Shown here piece by piece: positions 1-7,198 of a stretch of 32,864 nucleotides of DNA (its first letter is position 1; every line of letters begins with the position of its first letter). The stretch comes from a virus (lineage: Duplodnaviria; Caudoviricetes), in IMG/VR virus record IMGVR_UViG_3300035041_000096, positions 1-32,864 of that record, one strand, 5' to 3'. Position numbers and translations under genes: made by a program. A model generated the notes under the pieces. The model ran no database searches. It had not been told where the DNA came from and saw only the letters and a program-made list of their open reading frames with translations.

Positions 1-345
1 GGATAAAACCGTCTTGAGCGCCTTGGCAATGCCTAACCGCTTCCAGAGCCCGTCTAACAGCCATGTGCCGCCAAGAGCGAGAGAATCAACAAACACGGCT
101 TGGGAGGCCTGAGCATCTGCAAACAGCCGGGGAACGGCCTCACCGGTCTCCTTTGCAATAAATCCTGCAAGGTTGGTGATCAGCTGCTCAATAGTCTTTA
201 TGTCCAGGCTATCTTTACGGCCGAAGTTATAGACAACTTCGGTCTTGGATCGCTTTGTGGCCTTGTCGTAGTAGTTGTGACAAAGCTGGAGGTATTCGAC
301 TGGGCCATCGGCCTTTGTGTTTGCTTTGGTAGTTCGTAAGTACAT
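1..345 (-). CDS. IS1634-family transposase, N-terminal 115 aa (runs off the left edge)
   Basis: Manual translation from ATG at 345 gives MYLRTTKANTKADGPVEYLQLCHNYYDKATKRSKTEVVYNFGRKDSLD...LGGTWLLDGLWKRLGI. The YLQLxHN, NFGR and WLLDxLWxRLGI motifs are typical of IS1634-type transposase N-termini. The frame is open to the window edge. Confidence 0.85.
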   Translation of the reverse strand, partial: MYLRTTKANTKADGPVEYLQLCHNYYDKATKRSKTEVVYNFGRKDSLDIKTIEQLITNLAGFIAKETGEAVPRLFADAQASQAVFVDSLALGGTWLLDGLWKRLGIAKALKTVLS

Positions 346-546
346 TGTAACTAGTACTATACCAGACTTTAGAGCACTTAGCAAGACTTATTTGATTGTA
401 TTAGGAATAATAACCTAGTCCATTGTAACTATGTGTTTTTAGCTTTGTATCTACCTGAAAATAGAAATATCTGCATTACAGGTGCCTGAAAGGCAGATCA
501 AGCATTTTTCAAACCGGATCTTGTCGGTGCAACTGTCGAACGCCAG
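1..546 (-). mobile_element. IS1634-family insertion sequence, left part; putative terminal IR at 531-546
   Basis: Transposase start plus a candidate end CTGGCGTTCGACAGTT (minus strand, 546-531) about 200 bp upstream. The partner IR lies outside the window, so the end is unconfirmed. Confidence 0.6.
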
Positions 547-568
547 TATGATGTGCAAAGTGGGCTTC

Positions 569-591
569 TGTGTACACTTTTGTGTACACTT
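569..591. repeat. Tandem direct repeat TGTGTACACTT x2 (palindromic core GTGTACAC); candidate integrase arm-type sites
   Basis: TGTGTACACTT at 569-579 and 581-591 is read directly from the sequence. The function is inferred from its closeness to a tRNA-like 3' fragment. Confidence 0.5.
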
Positions 592-601
592 CGGGTCGGA
601 T

Positions 602-633
602 AAAAAAATAACTTCCCGTTATAAAGGAAGTTA
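602..633 (-). terminator. Rho-independent terminator-like hairpin
   Basis: Stem TAACTTCC (609-616) / GGAAGTTA (626-633) with A7 at 602-608, which is a U-tract on the minus strand. Confidence 0.6.
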
Positions 634-647
634 CGTTACAGAAATGT

Positions 648-660
648 TGCCCGAAAGAGG
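648..660 (-). other. Putative att core: tRNA(-Leu-like) 3'-end fragment CCTCTTTCGGGCA
   Basis: The minus strand reads CCTCTTTCGGGCA, resembling the T-stem/acceptor 3' end of GCCCGAA-starting tRNA-Leu genes. The rest of the tRNA is absent. A terminator and direct repeats follow it. Confidence 0.4.
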
Positions 661-889
661 CCAAAAAAACTTTAAAATATTTTCTTCTCTCAAAAAATCG
701 CCATCTAAATGCCTTCAAATGCAGTATGATTGCTCGCTACACCATCACATCCTTTGCCCCTTGGGAACTTTTTAGGAACAGGTTTTTCTGACCTTTATTA
801 ATGCTATTATAATACTCATTGCATCTGTCTTCACTAGCCAACAAAATTATTTCAAATAATCCATACCCTGCATTTAGTGATGGTATACT

Positions 890-918
890 TTGCTATCTCC
901 AAGTGACTATGATAAACT
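890..918 (+). promoter_or_regulatory. Sigma70-type promoter for the TPR/FRG genes
   Basis: TTGCTA (890-895), 17 bp spacer, TAAACT (913-918) with an extended -10 TG at 910-911. Confidence 0.45.
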
Positions 919-984
919 GATTTCTCAGGCAGATTCAGAAAAATACTGAAAAGGTTAAAGCGATATTGAGTTTGGATGTAACAA

Positions 985-3243
985 ATGAACTATATCACTG
1001 AGTCAATTCTTGAATTCCTTAGGGGTACGGTCTATATACAGCCCGTCCTAATCGCCATGTCCATTGTAGCTGTTCTTGTTTTTCTCTTCCGCCAGCAAAA
1101 AGGCTTTCCATCGTATTTTAAAAACTTTACAATTCTTGCTGGAATTGGCTTCATAATATTAGATTTCAATCTATTTCTCTACAAAAACCTTTTCCTTTCA
1201 ATATTAGCGGTAATATGTATTAGTGTTCCTGCTAGTTTTAGTATTTTCCGATTCTTTTCTATTCAGCACAAGTTAAAAAAGATCAAACGCCTCGCCCAAC
1301 CAAGATCCATCGATTATAACATCATTGCGTCTTGGAAATTATTGCAAACACTTTCTCAAAACAAAATGTTTCCCCAGCAAAAGAAGATGTACAATCGAAA
1401 TAAAGTGTTCTTGCTGATTAAACTAGGCAGCATTCGCGCTGTTGATGTTACTTTAAAAAAGTTTGAAGAAGATCAAGTGTACTATCATTTTATTCAGTAC
1501 ATCAAATACTTCACAATGGGGGAGACAATCACTGCTGTAAAAGAAATTAAGGCAGCAGAAGAAGCTTGCACACATGATACTGATCCGATCCAATATTTAC
1601 AAATTCTCATTAATCGTGGTGTCAGCCATGTTTTAATGAAGAATTATATGCCTGCTGATGACTATTTTCACAAGGCAATTGAATATTATGAAAACCACAA
1701 AATGAATAACAAGCAATTGCTTGGAACACTGTATTATAATTATGTATTCAATAAGGCACGTCTTGGTGGTTCTTTATGGAAGGAAACTCTCGAAGAGTAT
1801 AAATCCATTCTAGATATGAACGATAGCTATGATTGTATTACGTTCTTTAATACAAAACTGGAGCTACTCAGGCAAACCGAAGCAAACAGAGTTGTTATTG
1901 ATAAAGCTGTTCATGAAACTTTTTCTCACCTTATGAATAGCAAATTACCAAAAGAAAATAAATTATTTTTTGCGATAAGCCTAACCAGAATCGTATGGGC
2001 AACACGAATAAGCCCAGAAAATTGTCTTGATGTAATTGCGTCCGATATTGAAACAATTTTTAAGTTGCCAATGCCAAATAGGTATTATGCATTCAAGGAT
2101 CTTAACTTATTGTTCATGGATTTGCATGGAGACATCGCTGAATCACACCACAAGATTAGGGAAGCAGCAAATTCTTACATGAGTAATCAAGCAGAGAGCG
2201 ATTTGGAATCTTATCGCAAAGAATTGCCTAAAGACGCGATTTTTGAAAAAGGCTTTTGCTATAGGGAATCAGCAGGACTTCAAAAAAAGTCACTTGATCA
2301 TTACGACTTAAAGAAAATTCTATCTTATATCAAGTCTGCCTCAGCGTTGTACCATGAGAACTCGCTACTAATTGAGGAAAATATTTGTCGCTTGGATATT
2401 ATGGACGAATTATGCGATGCAAAAAACTTAAATGAAAATCATAAAATCATCTATCGCGATGAAATGTTAAGCCAACTCGTTGAAATTGAAACGTATCTAT
2501 CTACATTAGCAGAACAGACCAATTTGGCAGAATTTTATTTACGACTATGCTTTTATTGCATGCATTTAGATGATTATGAGAAATGCATCATATACTACAA
2601 AAAGTTTGTGATGTCTTCAGTCTCGCTGGAACACTTTGCACCCTGGTTACATCGTTACCATATGTATAACTCATTTGTTGTAAGAACTTTTTATTTCCTT
2701 AAAGCTATTCAGACAATTAAAGGATCTAAAGGAATCATCCAGTATCCATCAATGGTGCAACAATGGTTTGAATCTTTTCCAAGCCATGATGGGTTTGTCG
2801 ACTCGATTCTTTTAGGGAAATTCATGGGTTTCTCCAGTATTATACCTCTAAAGCAGAAAACTTGGATTGATCCTCTTTTTAAAGATGGATCTACACCAAG
2901 GATCCACACATGGTTTTGGATGGTTCCGTTGGAGCTCAATTTGGATATTACATATTCGCAGTTTGAAGACGACAATTACTCAAATTGTATTTTGTTCGAT
3001 AATGATAGACACCCCCTCGAATCAAATACATCCAATAAAATCTGTGCTGATATGAACAATACAGGATTAAACTTCATTGGTGCAAAACAAACAAATCTTT
3101 TAAAAGACGGTTTGCCCCCAGAACAAATAATATTTATCGATAATCTTTATTCAATAATAATCGCACATGTCAATCCAGAATGCCCAACAATTGAAAAGAT
3201 CAAAGCGCTATTTAAGGACACAAGTTTTCCCGTAGAGGTCTAA
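985..3243 (+). CDS. Membrane-anchored TPR/helical-repeat protein (752 aa), function unknown
   Basis: Long AT-rich ORF with about 3 N-terminal hydrophobic segments and TPR-like helix pairs (e.g. QILINRGVSHVLMKNYMPADDYFHKAIEY, AEFYLRLCFYCMHLDDYEKCIIYYKK). Confidence 0.75.
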   Translation: MNYITESILEFLRGTVYIQPVLIAMSIVAVLVFLFRQQKGFPSYFKNFTILAGIGFIILDFNLFLYKNLFLSILAVICISVPASFSIFRFFSIQHKLKKIKRLAQPRSIDYNIIASWKLLQTLSQNKMFPQQKKMYNRNKVFLLIKLGSIRAVDVTLKKFEEDQVYYHFIQYIKYFTMGETITAVKEIKAAEEACTHDTDPIQYLQILINRGVSHVLMKNYMPADDYFHKAIEYYENHKMNNKQLLGTLYYNYVFNKARLGGSLWKETLEEYKSILDMNDSYDCITFFNTKLELLRQTEANRVVIDKAVHETFSHLMNSKLPKENKLFFAISLTRIVWATRISPENCLDVIASDIETIFKLPMPNRYYAFKDLNLLFMDLHGDIAESHHKIREAANSYMSNQAESDLESYRKELPKDAIFEKGFCYRESAGLQKKSLDHYDLKKILSYIKSASALYHENSLLIEENICRLDIMDELCDAKNLNENHKIIYRDEMLSQLVEIETYLSTLAEQTNLAEFYLRLCFYCMHLDDYEKCIIYYKKFVMSSVSLEHFAPWLHRYHMYNSFVVRTFYFLKAIQTIKGSKGIIQYPSMVQQWFESFPSHDGFVDSILLGKFMGFSSIIPLKQKTWIDPLFKDGSTPRIHTWFWMVPLELNLDITYSQFEDDNYSNCILFDNDRHPLESNTSNKICADMNNTGLNFIGAKQTNLLKDGLPPEQIIFIDNLYSIIIAHVNPECPTIEKIKALFKDTSFPVEV

Positions 3244-3305
3244 CATGCAATATTGAAACGTGCCCCCTCAAGTCTGAGACACGATAACTTATGGAGTAAG
3301 GTGAT

Positions 3306-4334
3306 ATGGAGATTGTATATGAAGATGTTTTTGAAGCAATAAGGTCCATCAACCCAAGAGATGGAATACTTAAAGTTAAAGAAGAATATGTCAAGCATGG
3401 GGCTCGTGGCTACATTACAAGATCAAATATTTATCAGACTCTCAATATGGGAGATGGTACATTCTGTGCATTTACGTCTTTACCTTGGGATGAATACTAT
3501 AGAGGTGAAAATCGGTTCTTTAATGATCTTACTCCGAGCATTCTTAGAAAAAGTAAATCCACAAAACAAAAACTTGAATTCATAAGGGACCAGATCAAAT
3601 TACTCGACTTTTATGATATAACGGCTCAGTTTCTTCAGGTACAACTAGCCATTGCCGACCATATGAGAGTTGACCTACAAGCTCTTGCACAGCACTATGG
3701 CTTAAAGACACATTTTGTGGACATCTCCAGCGAATTAGTAATTGCAGCCTTTTTTGCCACCCATGAGTTCCGGGCAGGTGATTTTTATCCCATCACTCAA
3801 GGCTATGGCTATATAAAGATTATCTCATTTATGCCGTTTCTGGGTGATAGTTTAGATAAAAATTTTCAAATGATAGGATTACAACCATTTTTGAGGCCAG
3901 GATTACAGTGTGCATTTGCGCTGAAACCTAATCTAGACGGCACGAACCACTATCATATCAGAACTATTAAATTCAAGCAGACCTACTTTTGTAAAGTTTT
4001 GGGTTGGATTTTTCGTAGTCAACAAAAAATTGAAGATCAGAACAAAAAGTCTTACACGGACCATAACATCCTATTTCCAAAAGAAGAAATCTGCGTACCC
4101 GCCGAATTAATCCGAAATAGTAATTCCGTGACGAAAACTAACCTCATAAAATATTGTGAAGAAAATATGCTAAATATTGATCAATTGCAACATGAGTTTT
4201 GTACAAGCGGTATTAAGATAACAGAGGAACCATTATATTCCCTGTCACCTCGGCGTCAGGATGAACTTTTTAGGGAGTATGAAGGAAGACCCTATGGTGA
4301 TGCTATGCTAAGCCCACCAAGACTGATTGGTTAA
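3306..4334 (+). CDS. FRG domain-containing protein
   Basis: FRG-family motifs YYRGE..., LTPSILR and ALAQHYGLKTHFVDISSELVIAAFFA, plus RPGLQCAF. SD GGAG/AAGG lies upstream. Confidence 0.85.
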   Translation: MEIVYEDVFEAIRSINPRDGILKVKEEYVKHGARGYITRSNIYQTLNMGDGTFCAFTSLPWDEYYRGENRFFNDLTPSILRKSKSTKQKLEFIRDQIKLLDFYDITAQFLQVQLAIADHMRVDLQALAQHYGLKTHFVDISSELVIAAFFATHEFRAGDFYPITQGYGYIKIISFMPFLGDSLDKNFQMIGLQPFLRPGLQCAFALKPNLDGTNHYHIRTIKFKQTYFCKVLGWIFRSQQKIEDQNKKSYTDHNILFPKEEICVPAELIRNSNSVTKTNLIKYCEENMLNIDQLQHEFCTSGIKITEEPLYSLSPRRQDELFREYEGRPYGDAMLSPPRLIG

Positions 4335-4438
4335 AAACCGAGAAGTTAAAAATGTATGCTGACAGTTGTATAGGGACACATGACACCCTAAGAATCAATG
4401 AATTTAGGATCTATAATTGGCAACCAATGTCGAAAACC

Positions 4439-4467
4439 TTGACATCGTTATATAACCTTAGTAGTAT
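4439..4467 (+). promoter_or_regulatory. Strong sigma70-type promoter
   Basis: Perfect -35 TTGACA (4439-4444), 17 bp spacer, -10 TAGTAT (4462-4467). Predicted TSS is about 4474. Confidence 0.75.
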
Positions 4468-4473
4468 TAAATC

Positions 4474-4644
4474 AGAAAGACAACTTGTGTGTTTTTCTAA
4501 ACGATGAAGCAAAGACTGTTCCAAGGTGCAGCCTTTGTGGAGTTTTATAAGGGTTCGGCGTTTACCACAACTTGGATAGATTAAAAGTCGAAAGAAAATG
4601 CCTTTTTTAAAAAGCTCTGCTTTTTATAGCAGGGCTTTTTTTTT
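4474..4644 (+). ncRNA. Putative structured ncRNA/leader (candidate RNA antitoxin) upstream of the PBECR4-like nuclease
   Basis: Lies between promoter and terminator with no ORF. Hairpin 4474-4482/4490-4498 and hairpin 4510-4518/4529-4537, whose loop TCCAAG (4520-4525) is complementary to CTTGGA (4571-4576), giving pseudoknot potential. Confidence 0.55.
4609..4644 (+). terminator. Rho-independent terminator upstream of the PBECR4 gene
   Basis: Stem AAAAAGCTCTGCT (4609-4621) / AGCAGGGCTTTTT (4628-4640) with one G-U pair, ending in a T9 run (4636-4644). Confidence 0.8.
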
Positions 4645-4684
4645 GAATAACAAGGTTTAAGCCATTATAAGTGAACATACATCA

Positions 4685-5281
4685 ATGTCTGATATACTTT
4701 ATGATAGTGCTTCCAATTTTCGCAAACTGCTGAATACACACTACGTATTAACTTTTGGCCGTAAAAACAAAATAACCAATCTGACGATCACCTTTGATGC
4801 AAGCAATTTCTGTCATTTAGCCGGGCTTCACAAGCTTAAAGACATGCCGCATCTCAAAAGAAAATCTTCAGTAATTTACAATCTAATATTAGAAAAGAGA
4901 TTAACCCTGCAAAATATTTCTGTCAGCCCCTTTTTTGACCAAATCGAGGACCGGTTGCGCGTCCTACAAAAATTGGAAGTAATTCTTGATATGGAAAACT
5001 TGAATTGGAAGTACTGCCAAGAAAGAAATCCGTTTCACTCAAAAATCAGAGCTGAATATCTTATAGAACATCAAGATGAAGAATCCACCTCATTTGTTTT
5101 CATTGAAAGAAACACCTTAGACCCACATCATTCCTGCAATTCTTGTTTTGAGTTTAAGCACAGAGATTATACGAGAAATCAAACACGACTGACGCTATTG
5201 GAAAAGAAGAAATTTGATCCAATTAAATCCTCATACGATCTACTCTATCGACGTGGTGGATATATGCCCTCTGATTGTTGA
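4685..5281 (+). CDS. PBECR4-like (BECR-fold) putative ribonuclease toxin
   Basis: 198 aa, basic. The motif ITFDASNFCHLAGLHKLKD and the later SKIRAEYLI match my recollection of the PBECR4 family signature (F...NF.HL.GLHKL.D). Confidence 0.7.
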   Translation: MSDILYDSASNFRKLLNTHYVLTFGRKNKITNLTITFDASNFCHLAGLHKLKDMPHLKRKSSVIYNLILEKRLTLQNISVSPFFDQIEDRLRVLQKLEVILDMENLNWKYCQERNPFHSKIRAEYLIEHQDEESTSFVFIERNTLDPHHSCNSCFEFKHRDYTRNQTRLTLLEKKKFDPIKSSYDLLYRRGGYMPSDC

Positions 5282-5299
5282 CAATGAAACCCATCCTCG

Positions 5300-5761
5300 T
5301 CAATGATTCTTCGTCACACCCTGCTTCTTCTCGTAGGTTCTCATGCCAGCAAGTCCCAACATCCCAGTCATTATCGGGATCATGAGTGAGAGATCAATAA
5401 CAGGGAACTCAAATACTTTTCCCGAAGCTGAAAATACTGCAATTGCCCAGGGTCTGAGGATGTAGTTGTTTGCCAGAGAGAGTCCACACACCCAGCCTAT
5501 GAAGGGTCTCCATCCGGCTACAAATGTTGACTGATGCTGAGCTTCAGCGAGATTGATCTCAAGCTGTGTATGCTTCTGCAGATTCTCTGCTTCAAGGGCT
5601 ATGCGTTCAAGCTCAGCCCGTTTCTCAGGTGGTAGTTCTCCGGTAATTGCAGATCTAATTCCAGTTGCTAAGTTCGTAATCCCTGAGCTCACCGAAGTGA
5701 CGACACTACCTGCCGCATCAGCAGTTTCTTTTGCCCCAAATATTTTTCCTAACCAACCCAT
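5300..5761 (-). CDS. Holin, 3TM (GTA_holin_3TM-like) family
   Basis: Signature INLAEAQHQSTFVAGWRPFIGWVCG...MLGLAGMRTYEKKQG; last gene of the late operon. Confidence 0.85.
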   Translation of the reverse strand: MGWLGKIFGAKETADAAGSVVTSVSSGITNLATGIRSAITGELPPEKRAELERIALEAENLQKHTQLEINLAEAQHQSTFVAGWRPFIGWVCGLSLANNYILRPWAIAVFSASGKVFEFPVIDLSLMIPIMTGMLGLAGMRTYEKKQGVTKNH

Positions 5762-5769
5762 AGTCTCTC

Positions 5770-6165
5770 CTACACAAATACTTTCTCAACAATGATAATC
5801 ATCGTTGACACCGTTCCGATTGACCCGAATACCAGCTTAATCACCGTTGCTCTCCAATCTCTAGTTTGGATCTCTTTTGTATGTTGATTCCTGGTTCTCC
5901 TAGCTACAGGACAGGTATCCTCTCGATTAAACTTGAAATCCTGGAATTCCGATCGGAAGGCTTTGAGTTCCCGAGCATTGTCTTTCACAGCTTTTCCAAA
6001 ACCATTGCCCACAATCATCTGATCAAGTCGATCAATTTGCTTGGCCATCTTATGTATCACGGGCTCTATCTCATCAAGTCGATGCTGGTTTGATTTTACG
6101 TTCTCATACATTGCCTGTGCCACTTGCCTGATATTCTCATTCGTTATGACTACTTCCATATCCAC
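5770..6165 (-). CDS. Hypothetical coiled-coil protein with a C-terminal TM helix (possible lysis accessory)
   Basis: 131 aa with a hydrophobic C-terminus VIKLVFGSIGTVSTMIIIV. Adjacent to the holin, with SD AGGAG upstream. Confidence 0.6.
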   Translation of the reverse strand: MDMEVVITNENIRQVAQAMYENVKSNQHRLDEIEPVIHKMAKQIDRLDQMIVGNGFGKAVKDNARELKAFRSEFQDFKFNREDTCPVARRTRNQHTKEIQTRDWRATVIKLVFGSIGTVSTMIIIVEKVFV

Positions 6166-6179
6166 TGAGTGCTCCTACC

Positions 6180-6644
6180 CTAGTAGGTTGCAATCTCTTC
6201 AAGTGAGGGATCAACCAGGATGTCTTCAACTTCCGAATAGATGGAATCAGTTTTGATGCACTCGTACATATGCTCATACACAGATGGTGTATCTGATATA
6301 TCGAGATCTGCTGGAAGTCTGAAATTGTAGGTTCTATTAAATAGCGGTTGTGGATCGTTATATGGAGCATCCAGTGGTGTTGAGTTCTCAGCAATGAGAG
6401 CCCTGGCATCCTCTTTCGAGATGAAATCCCGCATGGCAGCATCCATTGTCTGATCGAGGATAGTTTTGTAATAATCCTCCTGCAGCTTCATCTTCAACCC
6501 GCTTTCATAGGTGGCATACCCCATGACTGAGACTTTGGCGATCCCCCATTTAATGAAGTAATCTGCTCGGTCGATGCGGATGTATAATCTTGTATTCGCT
6601 CGTGTGTTATTGTGATCCTTATCAACTACTGCTCGTATTCCCAT
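6180..6644 (-). CDS. Hypothetical phage protein (tail-associated region)
   Basis: ORF within the operon. The start MGIRAVV at 6644 is chosen because of the purine-rich SD AAAGGGG upstream. Confidence 0.65.
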   Translation of the reverse strand: MGIRAVVDKDHNNTRANTRLYIRIDRADYFIKWGIAKVSVMGYATYESGLKMKLQEDYYKTILDQTMDAAMRDFISKEDARALIAENSTPLDAPYNDPQPLFNRTYNFRLPADLDISDTPSVYEHMYECIKTDSIYSEVEDILVDPSLEEIATY

Positions 6645-6658
6645 TGTTTTTTCCCCTT

Positions 6659-7198
6659 TTATATTCCCCAATTACTGAGGGTGCTTCTGGCCATTAAAAA
6701 ATCACTTGTATGAATGTGTGTATGAAGGCTTGTCGGCCAAGAATCTGACCAGGCCTTCGATCGGTCAGGCTTGATGACATATTTATCCGTAGCAGATAGT
6801 CCCCAGGTCCTCTGTAGGTAGGCAGCATCATATAATCGGTACCACAGGACGTCTATATGCTGGGTTCCATCACCGTCACCTGTGAGAACTCTCATTCGCC
6901 ACCTGGAGCACCATGCATGGGCTGTATTTGCATAAATCCCACCAGCAGCTCCATCTCCGTATGATTTACTCGCAGAGGTGGTCCAGCCGTTCAGGTAGTG
7001 GTAATAGTAGATGTAGAGATCGCCTGAATCGGTATTCCACCAGTGGTTTCTGAAATTTACATACCAGTACGGACGATGCCCCTGCCCGTACCACGAGGGA
7101 CTTCCTGAATAGCTGCCGTAGTTCCCGTCCCCATCAGCTTCAATGGTTCTTGTACTGTAATGAGTGCTAAACTCACCGAAGAGCTCTTCGCCAGCCAT
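6659..7198 (-). CDS. Hypothetical tail-associated protein, W/Y/G-rich
   Basis: Translationally coupled (TAATG overlap) to the tail fibre gene; aromatic-rich, beta-like composition. Confidence 0.65.
   Translation of the reverse strand: MAGEELFGEFSTHYSTRTIEADGDGNYGSYSGSPSWYGQGHRPYWYVNFRNHWWNTDSGDLYIYYYHYLNGWTTSASKSYGDGAAGGIYANTAHAWCSRWRMRVLTGDGDGTQHIDVLWYRLYDAAYLQRTWGLSATDKYVIKPDRSKAWSDSWPTSLHTHIHTSDFLMARSTLSNWGI

Noticed and set aside
648-740. Complete tRNA gene
   Set aside because: Only a 13-nt 3'-end-like piece is present, with no T-loop GTTCG, anticodon arm or D arm adjacent.
100-775. ORFs 100-339, 482-775 and 509-718
   Set aside because: The first is the antisense shadow of the transposase. 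The others span IS-end and att sequence and have no protein-like features.
4474-4608. Classical tandem-repeat type III antitoxin array or mini-CRISPR
   Set aside because: Only a short ACAACTTG recurs (4480-4487, 4567-4574). There are no tandem ~35-nt repeats or repeat-spacer pattern.
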